Assembly (NCBI GenBank): GCA_902616245.1
Contig: CACMSB010000006.1
Location: 2,005-66,004, forward strand
Direction of reading: 5' to 3'
DNA: 64,000 nucleotides
Source of the DNA: an uncultured Pelagibacteraceae bacterium
Lineage (GTDB): Bacteria > Pseudomonadota > Alphaproteobacteria > Pelagibacterales > Pelagibacteraceae
A program made the translations under genes and the position numbers. Below are positions 8,839 to 17,784 of the stretch, in pieces. Positions within the stretch are counted from its first letter, which is position 1; each line of letters opens with the position of its first letter. The notes below the pieces were generated by a model. That model worked only from the letters and a program-made list of their open reading frames with translations, was not told the DNA's origin and did no database searches.

Positions 8839-10872
8839 TTATCTTAAAGAAGCTGCAATATTTCCACCGTCAACAGTTAGTACTGCTCCAGTTGATTTTT
8901 TTGATATCGCAAGATGATAAAAAGCTTTGGCCACATCATCTGCTTTAACTTCGCTTAACAGTAAATTGCCACTCATATATTGATCAGTGGTTACTTCTCT
9001 TGCTTTCGCTCTTTGTTTAATCATTTTATCATTTAATAAACCACTTCTAATTCTATCAGCGTTTACACCGTTTGATCTAATACCAAGGTGTCCATAATCA
9101 ACTGCATATTGTTTACATAAATTTAAAAGCGCAGACTTAGGCAATCCATATGGTCCAAAATTTTTACCAGGATTAACTGATTGCTTAGATATATTAAATA
9201 ACAAACATCCATTTATATTTTGTTTTTTCATAATTTTAACAGCCTCTGAAGCACAATTTTGATGTGAGAAAAAATTATCTTCAAAACTTTTTCGAAGTAT
9301 TTCATCATTAACTTCTGCAATTGATCCACCTATAGCAGTGCCTGCATTAGATATTAAAATATCTACACCTCCATATATCTCCAAAATTTTATTAAATGCT
9401 TTTTTTACACTTTGTTTGTCAGTTACATCACAGTGGATACAAAGATCACTTATTTTTGTTTGCAAATCATTTATTTTACTTTTATTAATATCAAGTAAAA
9501 CAACTTCAGCTCCATATTTTTTAAATAATTTATAGGTTGCTTTACCAATTTCGCCTGTGCTACCAGTGATAACAACAACGTTTCCTTGCAATTCTTTTTT
9601 TGCTTTATTTAATTTTGCTTGTTCCAAGGACCAATACTCAACATCAAATAAGTCTTTTTTCGATAAAAATTTATATCTGGATGTTTCCTCAACACTTGAA
9701 ATTACATTGGCATTAGTTTGAGTTAAATCTCCTGCAATTTTTGCAGCTTTTAAGGTATCTCCTACTGTAAATAAACCAAAATTCTGAACTAGAATTACTC
9801 TAGGAGATGTATCAAGCATTACTTTTTTTTCTTTAGTTTTTTTCTTATTAGATTCAAAATATTTTTTATATTTTTGCCTATATTCTTTGAATTTTTTTTC
9901 AGCTAAATTTTTAAATTCATCTAAATTACAGTTTGCTTTTGGTGATATTACTAAAGGAAATGGTTTAACTCTTATAACATGATCAGGTGTAGCTGTACCT
10001 TCATTTGAGTATCTATTTATATCTTTACCATTAATAAAATAATCTAACTTACTATTTTTTTTAAAATTTATGATAAATTTGTTATCATTTTTTTCAGATA
10101 AAAGACCTCTCAATATAGGAGCTATATCTGCAGTTGAGAAATTAAATTTAGTTTTCTTTATCTGTTTTATTTTTTTCTTTTTTAGTTTGGTTAAAGTTTT
10201 TTCAGCATCAGATATATACTTTATCATTAAACTGTAAGCATCTTTTGCATTATCAGCAAATGTGAAAATACCGTGGTTTAATAAAATCAAACAATTTATA
10301 TTTGGATTTTTAGAATAAACTTCATTTATTTTTTGTGCTAATTTAAATCCTGGCATTACATATGGCACTATTGCAGTTTTTTTACCAAATATTTTTTTTG
10401 ATAAGATTTCTCCATTTGGTCTATTAGTGATTTTCATAATTGCATCAGAATGAGTGTGATCAACAAATTTTAACGGTAAAAATGCGTGTAAAAAAGTTTC
10501 AACTGATGGATTGGGAGATTTTGTATCTATTAAATTTTTTTTTTGAAAAGCAACCATGTCATCATCAGAGAGAGTTTTCTTTTTTTTCATAGTTAGCAAT
10601 GGATTTAATTTAACTGCTGGCAAACCCGCTGGTTCAATTTCCGCCATATCCCATCCGCTGCCTTTTACGCAAAGAACATCATAATATTTACCATCTATAT
10701 CCTTGATTTTTGTCTTAACTGATGTATTTCCACCACCATGCAATACCAATTCTGGATTTCTTCCTAGAAGCCTAGTTGTATAAACTCTTAGAGCCATATC
10801 CTCAGAATGACCTAATTTTTTATACTTTTTTATGTATTTTTTAGCTTCGTTATCTGACCAATTGTTTTTCAA
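8839..10872 (-). CDS. Bifunctional class II aldolase / short-chain dehydrogenase (RhaD/RhaEW-like fusion)
   Basis: N-domain GGGNTSVK, PSVETFLH, DHTH and NHG (Zn ligands). C-domain TGSTGEIG, NAG and YGLPK (SDR). TTG start with a GAGG SD. Confidence 0.88.
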   Translation of the reverse strand: MKNNWSDNEAKKYIKKYKKLGHSEDMALRVYTTRLLGRNPELVLHGGGNTSVKTKIKDIDGKYYDVLCVKGSGWDMAEIEPAGLPAVKLNPLLTMKKKKTLSDDDMVAFQKKNLIDTKSPNPSVETFLHAFLPLKFVDHTHSDAIMKITNRPNGEILSKKIFGKKTAIVPYVMPGFKLAQKINEVYSKNPNINCLILLNHGIFTFADNAKDAYSLMIKYISDAEKTLTKLKKKKIKQIKKTKFNFSTADIAPILRGLLSEKNDNKFIINFKKNSKLDYFINGKDINRYSNEGTATPDHVIRVKPFPLVISPKANCNLDEFKNLAEKKFKEYRQKYKKYFESNKKKTKEKKVMLDTSPRVILVQNFGLFTVGDTLKAAKIAGDLTQTNANVISSVEETSRYKFLSKKDLFDVEYWSLEQAKLNKAKKELQGNVVVITGSTGEIGKATYKLFKKYGAEVVLLDINKSKINDLQTKISDLCIHCDVTDKQSVKKAFNKILEIYGGVDILISNAGTAIGGSIAEVNDEILRKSFEDNFFSHQNCASEAVKIMKKQNINGCLLFNISKQSVNPGKNFGPYGLPKSALLNLCKQYAVDYGHLGIRSNGVNADRIRSGLLNDKMIKQRAKAREVTTDQYMSGNLLLSEVKADDVAKAFYHLAISKKSTGAVLTVDGGNIAASLR

Positions 10873-10960
10873 TGTTTAACCTCAATAAATTATTATAATA
10901 GTTTTTTGTTTGAAAGAAGTAAAAAATTTCGTTAGTTAAAAAAACATATATTAGATTCTT

Positions 10961-12001
10961 ATGGAAAAAGTTGGGGAACATATAACACTGGATATAGTTG
11001 GAACTAAAAAGGAATATACTCCCGAATTTTATGAAAAGTTAGTTTATAAAATTGCTAAAGCAGCAAAAGTAACAGTTCTAAAAATATCTAAATATAAATT
11101 TGAGCCACAAGGATTTACATTGGTCGCTTTGCTTGCTGAAAGCCACATTAGTTTTCATACTTTCCCAGAAAAAGAAATTGTAAGCTTTGATTTTTTTACA
11201 TGTGGAAAAGTATCACCAAAAGTTTCTCTAGATATAATAAAAGATGAGATGGAACACACAAATATCATCATTAAAGAATTTAATAGAGATACTATTGATC
11301 TTTATCATGACAATTATAGTTCTCCAGGTTTAAAAAAATCATATGTTGTTAATAGAGTTTTAGAAAATTTTAAATCTAAAGTAGGTCAATATATTGAAAT
11401 ACTTGATTTAGAACAATTTGGAAAAGCTTTATTTATTGATAATGAAATACAAGTAGCTGAAAGTGATGAACATTTATATAGCTCAACCTTTGTAAATTCA
11501 GGTCTTAATTTAAATTCGAAAAAAGAAAAAGCTGCAATTATTGGTGGAGGTGATGGTGGTGTAGCAAGAGAATGCATTTCACAAAACTTTGGCTTTATAG
11601 ATTGGTATGAATTAGATCCTGAAGTTGTGGATGTGTGTGATAAACACCTAAGTAAAATTGGTGAGAAGGCCACAGAAAAGAATTCAGTTAAATGCGTTTG
11701 GGGAGATGCTTTTGAAAGTATTAAATCTGTCAAAGATAATACTTATGATCAAATATTTGTAGATCTGAATGATGATCAATTTTGTATAGATCTGGCTGCA
11801 AAAAATATGTCATCTTTAGAAAGAATTTTAAAACCTAAAGGTGTAATTACCGCTCAAGTAGGAAGCCAAGACAAAAAACCAAAACAAGTTGAAAATTGGT
11901 TAAATGTTTTTAACAAAAATTTTGGAAATACAAAACTTTCAAGAGTTTATATACCAAGTTTCGATTGTTCTTGGAATTTTTCCTCGTCAATAAATCATTA
12001 A
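10961..12001 (+). CDS. S-adenosylmethionine decarboxylase proenzyme fused to spermidine synthase (SpeD-SpeE fusion)
   Basis: N-domain LLAE|SHISFHTFPE (pyruvoyl self-cleavage) and FFTCG. C-domain FGKALFID, IGGGDGG, ELDPEVV, DAFE, IFVD, YIPSF...W. Confidence 0.9.
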   Translation: MEKVGEHITLDIVGTKKEYTPEFYEKLVYKIAKAAKVTVLKISKYKFEPQGFTLVALLAESHISFHTFPEKEIVSFDFFTCGKVSPKVSLDIIKDEMEHTNIIIKEFNRDTIDLYHDNYSSPGLKKSYVVNRVLENFKSKVGQYIEILDLEQFGKALFIDNEIQVAESDEHLYSSTFVNSGLNLNSKKEKAAIIGGGDGGVARECISQNFGFIDWYELDPEVVDVCDKHLSKIGEKATEKNSVKCVWGDAFESIKSVKDNTYDQIFVDLNDDQFCIDLAAKNMSSLERILKPKGVITAQVGSQDKKPKQVENWLNVFNKNFGNTKLSRVYIPSFDCSWNFSSSINH

Positions 12002-12059
12002 TTTTTCTTTTTAAAACAATAATTTTATGAAATAATCTTTAAAATTTTTGGAGGAAAAA

Positions 12060-12887
12060 ATGAAAAAATTAAAAGTATTAGGACTTGGTATTTTAATATC
12101 ATCATTTCTAACAATTTCTTCAATTGCAGATCAAATTAAAATAGGAACTGAAGGTGCATATCCGCCTTGGAATTCTAAAGATTCAGCTGGAAATTTGATT
12201 GGCTTTGAAGTCGAATTAGCAAATGAATTATGCAAAATTATGAATCATGATTGCACAATTGTAGAGCAAGACTGGGATGGAATGATACCAGCTTTGGTTT
12301 CAAGAAAATTTGATGCCATCATGGCTGGAATGTCAATAACTGGTGAGAGAATGAAAACAATAAATTTTTCTCAAGGTTATGCTGATGAAGTTGCATCATT
12401 AGCTGTTATGAAAGGATCAAAAAACGAAGGTCTTAAAACAATGTCAGCTATAAATTTATCTGACGTAAGTGCTGATGAACAAGCAACACTAGATGTTTTG
12501 ACTAAAGCATTTAAAGGTAAAACTATTGGTGTACAAACAGCAACAATTCACCAGAACTTCCTAGAGTCTGGTTTAATGGGTAATGTAAAAATAAGAACTT
12601 ACAAAACTCAAGATGAAGTTAACTTGGATTTATCTGCTGGTAGAATAGATGCAGCACTAGCTGCAGCAGTTGCTTTTACGGATTATGCAGAAAAATCTGG
12701 TAAAGGAGTTGTATTAACTGGACCAACATTTGCAGGTGGAGATTTTGGTAATGGTGTTGGAGTAGGTATTAGAAAAGGTGACTCTAAACTTTTAAATGAT
12801 TTTAATGCAGCAATTGATAAAGCTAGAGATGATGGCATTATCAGTAAGCTTGCTATAAAACATTTTGGTTTTGACGCTTCTATGTAA
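12060..12887 (+). CDS. Polar (basic) amino acid ABC transporter substrate-binding protein (HisJ/ArgT/OccT-like)
   Basis: Signal peptide, IGTEGAYPPWN, EQDWDGMIPAL..RKFDAIMAGMSITGER. GGAGG SD at 12050-12054 favours the ATG at 12060. Confidence 0.9.
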   Translation: MKKLKVLGLGILISSFLTISSIADQIKIGTEGAYPPWNSKDSAGNLIGFEVELANELCKIMNHDCTIVEQDWDGMIPALVSRKFDAIMAGMSITGERMKTINFSQGYADEVASLAVMKGSKNEGLKTMSAINLSDVSADEQATLDVLTKAFKGKTIGVQTATIHQNFLESGLMGNVKIRTYKTQDEVNLDLSAGRIDAALAAAVAFTDYAEKSGKGVVLTGPTFAGGDFGNGVGVGIRKGDSKLLNDFNAAIDKARDDGIISKLAIKHFGFDASM

Positions 12888-12897
12888 TAAATTATTT

Positions 12898-12923
12898 ATG
12901 GGTGGCTATAATTAGCCACCTAT
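12898..12923 (+). promoter_or_regulatory. Intercistronic stem-loop between SBP and permease genes
   Basis: ATGGGTGGCTA-TAAT-TAGCCACCTAT: 11-bp stem with one G:U; ends 3 nt before the permease ATG; no U-tract. Confidence 0.65.
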
Positions 12924-12926
12924 ATT

Positions 12927-13619
12927 ATGGAACTTCTATATTTTGGTGATAAAGGTTGGGGAGACGAGTTATTCTTTGCAACCTTAATGACAATTGCGGT
13001 TTCAATAACCGCAATGATAATAGGCTTTATATTTGCTGCCTTATTTACTCCATTAAAATTATCTAATAACAAATTTCTTAATTCTATTGGTAATGCTTAC
13101 ACCACTGTTATTAGAGGTGTGCCTGAGCTACTAGTAATTTATTTATTTTTCTTTGGTGGAAGTGGAGCAATTATGTTTGTTGCTTCAATATTTGGTTATA
13201 ATGATTATATTGAAATTAATGCTTTTTTAACTGGTTCTTTTTCAATAGGGATAATATCGGGAGCATATTCAACTGAGGTATTTAGAGGAGCCCTACAATC
13301 AATTGATAAGGGTCAGTTCGAAGCTGCAAAAGTTTTAGGTTTTAATAAATATATTTACTTCTTTAAAATTATTTTGCCTCAAATGCTTAGACTAGCAATT
13401 CCAAACTTAAGTAATGTTTGGCAAATTACTTTAAAAGATACTTCTCTTATTTCTGTAACAGGTTTGGTTGAAATAATGAGACAATCTTATATCGCTGCCG
13501 GCTCAACTAGAGATCCATTATTTTTTTACTCATTTGCAGCAGTTCTATACTTAATGCTTACATTTTTAAGTATGCAATTATTAAATAGATTAGAAACAAA
13601 ATATAGCAAAGGTTATTAA
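12927..13619 (+). CDS. Polar amino acid ABC transporter permease (HisQ/OccQ-like)
   Basis: YTTVIRGVPELL, AYSTEVFRGA, EAA motif GQFEAAKVLG, LKDTSLIS. Confidence 0.92.
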   Translation: MELLYFGDKGWGDELFFATLMTIAVSITAMIIGFIFAALFTPLKLSNNKFLNSIGNAYTTVIRGVPELLVIYLFFFGGSGAIMFVASIFGYNDYIEINAFLTGSFSIGIISGAYSTEVFRGALQSIDKGQFEAAKVLGFNKYIYFFKIILPQMLRLAIPNLSNVWQITLKDTSLISVTGLVEIMRQSYIAAGSTRDPLFFYSFAAVLYLMLTFLSMQLLNRLETKYSKGY

Positions 13620-14296
13620 TGGATATTGAATTAATGATAAATAGTTTTCCTAAGTTGTTAAACGCAACTTTGATTACTCTTAAACTATTATCTGTATCTC
13701 TAATTCTTGGTCTTTTTATTGGATTAGGTTTTGCAATCTTGAGAATGAATAATAATAAGTTGATTAATAAATTTGCTTACGGGTATTCATATATTTTTAG
13801 AGGAACACCTTTATTGGTTCAAATCTTCATAATATATTTTGGATTAGGTCAAATTGAATATTTAAGAACAACAATTTTATGGGTAGTTTTAAAAGAACCA
13901 TACTGGTGTGCGATAATTGCATTTTCATTAAATACTGGGGCTTATACTTCAGAAATATTGAGATCAGCTTTTCAAACTATAAAACCAGGATATTTAGAAG
14001 CTGGAAGAAGCCTAGGGATACCTTCAAAAATTATTTTTACAAAAATACAAATTCCTATTGCAATTAAACAATCTTTACCAGCGTATGGTAATGAAATTAT
14101 TTTAATGCTCAAAGGTACATCTTTGGCAAGTACAGTCACACTTATGGACTTAACTGGTGTTGCTAAATATATAATTTCAACAACTTTTAAGCCTGTCGAG
14201 GTATTTATTGTGGCAGGAGGTATTTACTTGTTTATGACTTTTATAATCCATAATGTAATTAAATATTTAGAAAAAAAATATGGATTTCAAACATGA
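13619..14296 (+). CDS. Polar amino acid ABC transporter permease (HisM/OccM-like)
   Basis: FRGTPLLVQ, LNTGAYTSEILR, LEAGRSLG, LKGTSLAS. Confidence 0.92.
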   Translation: MDIELMINSFPKLLNATLITLKLLSVSLILGLFIGLGFAILRMNNNKLINKFAYGYSYIFRGTPLLVQIFIIYFGLGQIEYLRTTILWVVLKEPYWCAIIAFSLNTGAYTSEILRSAFQTIKPGYLEAGRSLGIPSKIIFTKIQIPIAIKQSLPAYGNEIILMLKGTSLASTVTLMDLTGVAKYIISTTFKPVEVFIVAGGIYLFMTFIIHNVIKYLEKKYGFQT

Positions 14297-15078
14297 AAAT
14301 AGCATGCATACAATTATCTAGTGGAGAAAATTATGAAAGTAATTTCAAAGATATTCTTAAATACGTAAATCAAGCTATAAAAAATAAATCTGATTTAATT
14401 ATTACACCTGAAACCTCTTCTTTGATGTCCAGTAGTAGAGAAACACTGTTTAAATATTCATTTGAAATGAATAAAGATCCAATTTTGAAAAAAATTAAAG
14501 AAGTTTCAAAAAAATTTAAGAAATGGATTTTACTTGGATCAATTTGCGTTAAGGTTAAAAATAAACTTAGAAATAGATCTATACTGGTTGGACCGAATGG
14601 AAAAATTGTTAAATATTATGATAAAATTAATATGTTTGATGTTAAAATTCCAAATAAAGAGCAACATAAGGAAAGTAAAACTTTTAAAGCAGGAAATAAA
14701 TTAGTCACCGCCAATTTACCTTGGGGTAAAATAGGTTTTACAATTTGTTATGATCTCAGATTCCCAGAACTTTACAGAAATTTATCTAAAAAAAATCTAA
14801 GTTTTATTGCTGTTCCGTCAGCTTTTACAAAGTTTACTGGACAAAAACATTGGTTAACTCTTTTAAGAGCAAGAGCGATTGAAAATTTTTGTTATATATT
14901 TGCACCAGCTCAAACAGGTAAAAATACTCCAAAAAGAGAAACATTTGGTCATACAGTAATTATTTCACCGGATGGAAAAATATTGGCACTAAAAAAATTA
15001 GGCAAAGGAGTGATATATTCAAAAATTAATCCTAAGCTCTCTATGGATTTAAGAAAAATAATACCAAGTTTAATTTAA
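14293..15078 (+). CDS. Carbon-nitrogen hydrolase, Nit1/YafV (deaminated-glutathione amidase)-like
   Basis: Glu-Lys-Cys triad (PET, YDK, ICYDLRFPEL); AFT..TG..HW..LLRARAIEN; FGHT. Confidence 0.82.
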   Translation: MKIACIQLSSGENYESNFKDILKYVNQAIKNKSDLIITPETSSLMSSSRETLFKYSFEMNKDPILKKIKEVSKKFKKWILLGSICVKVKNKLRNRSILVGPNGKIVKYYDKINMFDVKIPNKEQHKESKTFKAGNKLVTANLPWGKIGFTICYDLRFPELYRNLSKKNLSFIAVPSAFTKFTGQKHWLTLLRARAIENFCYIFAPAQTGKNTPKRETFGHTVIISPDGKILALKKLGKGVIYSKINPKLSMDLRKIIPSLI

Positions 15079-16523
15079 TTCCTGCTATCCACAATCAATG
15101 TATCTTTTGATCCACCACCTTGAGAACTGTTAACTATCGTACTGCCTTTTTTTAGAGCAACTCTAGTTAATCCACCTGTTGTAACATACGTTGATTTACC
15201 TGTTAAAATAAAAGGTCTTAAATCTAAATGTCTTGGTTCAATGTTATCAGGTGTGATTGTAGGTACCGTCGATAGAATTTCTAATGGTTGTGCAATATAA
15301 TTTCTTGGATCTCTCTTAATTTTTTTTATCATTTCATCTTTTTCTTTTTTAGATGCTTTAGGGCCAATCATGATACCATATCCACCAGATGCATTAGCCG
15401 GTTTTACAACTAATTTGGATATATTTGAAATAACATGATTTCTATGTGTTTTTATATTACATAAAAAAGTTTCAACCTGATCAATTTTTGGTTGTTCGCC
15501 TAAATAATATACAATCATCTTTTCTACATACGAATAGACTGCTTTATCATCTGCGACACCAGTTCCTAATGCGTTTATGATACCCACATTACCTTTTCTC
15601 CAGCATTTAAATAGACCAGGAACTCCTAAAAGAGACCCTTTAAAGAATACTTTTGGATCAATAAAATTATCATCTAATCTTCTATATATACAGTCTACCT
15701 TTAGAGGCCCTTTGACAGTTTTCATATAGACATTGTCATTTTCAACAAATAGGTCTTTGCCCTCAACTAAAGCAATACCCATTTGTTCTGCTAAAAATTC
15801 GTGTTCAAAATAAGCTGAATTATAAACTCCTGGAGTTAATAAAACCATATGTGGATTATTAGTTTTTTTAGGAATGCATTCAGTCATGCAATTATATAAT
15901 TTATTCGCATACTGATGAACTGAAGATACCTTATATCTTGTAAATAATTCAGGGAAAATATCTCTCATTACCATTCGATTTTCCAACATATATGAAACAC
16001 CAGATGGAACCCTAAGATTATCCTCAAGCACTAAAAAATTACCATTTATATTTTTAATTAAATCTGTTCCAGAAATATTAGCCCAAGCCTTATGTTTTGG
16101 TGAAAAACCATCGCATTCTTTCAAATATTGTGGAGAATTAAAAACTAATTCTTTTGGAATTATTTTGTCCTTAAATATTTTTTTTTGATTATAGACATCA
16201 TCTATAAATAAATTTAACGCCTTAATTCTTTGGGATAATCCTATAGATACTGTTTTCCATTGCGATTTCGTTATAATTCTTGGTATAATATCTAAAGGCC
16301 ATTTTTTTTCTTCCGCTCTATTACTTGCAGAGTAAACTCTAAAATTTATTCCTCTAGCATTTATTGTACTTTGGCAATTTAACTCAATTTCTTGAAGTCT
16401 CTTTTTTCCATATTTTTCGAGAATACTTGAAATAATTTTAGCATGACTTCTTAACTTTTTATCTTTGCTAATGTATCCGTCAAAAGTTGATTTTGAATCA
16501 TAATTTTTCCAAAAATCTGACAT
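15075..16523 (-). CDS. Circularly permuted type 2 ATP-grasp protein (DUF404/DUF407-like)
   Basis: WPLDIIPR, VLEDNLRVPSGVSYMLENR, LTPGVYNSAYFEH, IYRRLDD.F.DP, NALGTGVADDK, VVKPANASGGYG, DLRPF, GLTRVAL...VNSSQGGGSKDT. Confidence 0.92.
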   Translation of the reverse strand: MSDFWKNYDSKSTFDGYISKDKKLRSHAKIISSILEKYGKKRLQEIELNCQSTINARGINFRVYSASNRAEEKKWPLDIIPRIITKSQWKTVSIGLSQRIKALNLFIDDVYNQKKIFKDKIIPKELVFNSPQYLKECDGFSPKHKAWANISGTDLIKNINGNFLVLEDNLRVPSGVSYMLENRMVMRDIFPELFTRYKVSSVHQYANKLYNCMTECIPKKTNNPHMVLLTPGVYNSAYFEHEFLAEQMGIALVEGKDLFVENDNVYMKTVKGPLKVDCIYRRLDDNFIDPKVFFKGSLLGVPGLFKCWRKGNVGIINALGTGVADDKAVYSYVEKMIVYYLGEQPKIDQVETFLCNIKTHRNHVISNISKLVVKPANASGGYGIMIGPKASKKEKDEMIKKIKRDPRNYIAQPLEILSTVPTITPDNIEPRHLDLRPFILTGKSTYVTTGGLTRVALKKGSTIVNSSQGGGSKDTLIVDSRN

Positions 16524-16637
16524 ATTTACTTAATTTTTTTACATAAGAGTCAAATAAGCAAATGATTAAATTAGATACCTGATATGAAATAAATGGGTTT
16601 TATTGTGATAACATATAATTTAAACAGTTAATTGATC

Positions 16638-17360
16638 ATGACTTATTGTATTGGCATTAAAACAGAGACCGGATTAGTATTTGCATCAGACTCTAGAACA
16701 AACGCTGGACTTGATAATGTAAATATATACTCCAAAATGCTAACACATGATGTTGGGGATAGATCAATTGTAATTGTCACTTCAGGAAATCTTGGAACTT
16801 CCCAGGCAGTTTATAATTCAATAAAAAAAGATTTAAAAAGTGAAACAGGTATTATGAATTTAAATACATGCAGTGATTTTGAGCAAATTGCTTCGTATAT
16901 AGGCTCCTTAAATATTGAGCATTCTTCACCTCAAGGCATTAATACTGATAGTGTTTTACTAGGCTCAACCTTTATTGTTGGTGGTCAAATAAAAGATCAA
17001 CTACCACAATTATATTTAGTTTACCCGCAAGGTAATTATATTCGTCCAGCAGATAGCAAACCATATTTAGTTATAGGAGAAGTGAAATATGGGAAACCTA
17101 TTTTAGATAGAGTAATCACACCAAAAGTCTCAATTGGCGATGCATCGAGATGCGCACTGATATCAATGGACTCTACATTAAAAAGTGATCTAACAGTTGG
17201 ACCGCCTATAGACTTTGCTGTTATCAAAAAAGATGAAATCAAAATAGCATCACTTAAATGCTTAAATATGAATGACCCTGAATTTTCCAAAGTTTGTAAT
17301 CAGTGGTCGCAAGGTATTTTTAAGATATTTGACTCTTTTCAAAGGTTTGACTGGGAATAA
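16638..17360 (+). CDS. Anbu proteasome-type (Ntn) peptidase
   Basis: M-T1YCIG...D17SRTNAG.D...K32 triad; GQI...P.LYLVYPQGN.I; QIGE.KYGKPILDR-like segment; ALISMDST..S.L.VGPP.D. Confidence 0.92.
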   Translation: MTYCIGIKTETGLVFASDSRTNAGLDNVNIYSKMLTHDVGDRSIVIVTSGNLGTSQAVYNSIKKDLKSETGIMNLNTCSDFEQIASYIGSLNIEHSSPQGINTDSVLLGSTFIVGGQIKDQLPQLYLVYPQGNYIRPADSKPYLVIGEVKYGKPILDRVITPKVSIGDASRCALISMDSTLKSDLTVGPPIDFAVIKKDEIKIASLKCLNMNDPEFSKVCNQWSQGIFKIFDSFQRFDWE

Positions 17361-17362
17361 AA

Positions 17363-17752
17363 TTAATATTTTGTGTATTCTTTAATTTCTTTAATTTTAG
17401 AACCTGTTTTATTATTTATTTCTAATTTTAATTTTGCTCGTTCATCATTTAAGAAGTGAACATCTCTTGATAATTTAATAAATTTTTCACCAAAGTCAGA
17501 GTTTTTTTCGCAAAGTCTTTTGTCATCCTCTATTACCCAAAGCTTTGAATTAATTTCTTTTAGCGAGTTATACAAAGTTTCAATTTCACTGTAAATTTTA
17601 ATATTTGTATTTAATTGATCTTTCAAAATATTATATTCATCAATTATAAAGTTTAGTTTCTTAGGATCTTTAATTTTTTCAGATTTAATTTCTAAAATCG
17701 AAATTTTATCCAGTAATTCTCCAACTGATACTTCTACTAAAATTTTATTCAT
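17363..17752 (-). CDS. Conserved hypothetical protein (DUF6165-like)
   Basis: VSVGELLDKISILEIK, N..LW.IED..R, ND.RA.LK..IN...GS.I.E.K.Y pattern. Confidence 0.7.
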   Translation of the reverse strand: MNKILVEVSVGELLDKISILEIKSEKIKDPKKLNFIIDEYNILKDQLNTNIKIYSEIETLYNSLKEINSKLWVIEDDKRLCEKNSDFGEKFIKLSRDVHFLNDERAKLKLEINNKTGSKIKEIKEYTKY

Positions 17753-17784
17753 ATAAATTGATATTATGTTAAGTTGTTAAAAAT

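Noticed and set aside
10873-10960. SAM-II/SAM-V riboswitch ahead of the aldolase-SDR or speD-speE
   Set aside because: No GC-containing pseudoknot or SAM-V/SAM-II consensus; nearly all A/T.
14293-15078. N-carbamoylputrescine amidase (AguB) completing a polyamine pathway
   Set aside because: Motifs (ICYDLRFPEL, HW..LLRARAIEN) fit the Nit1/YafV branch rather than AguB (ICWDQWFPE), and no agmatine deiminase is nearby.
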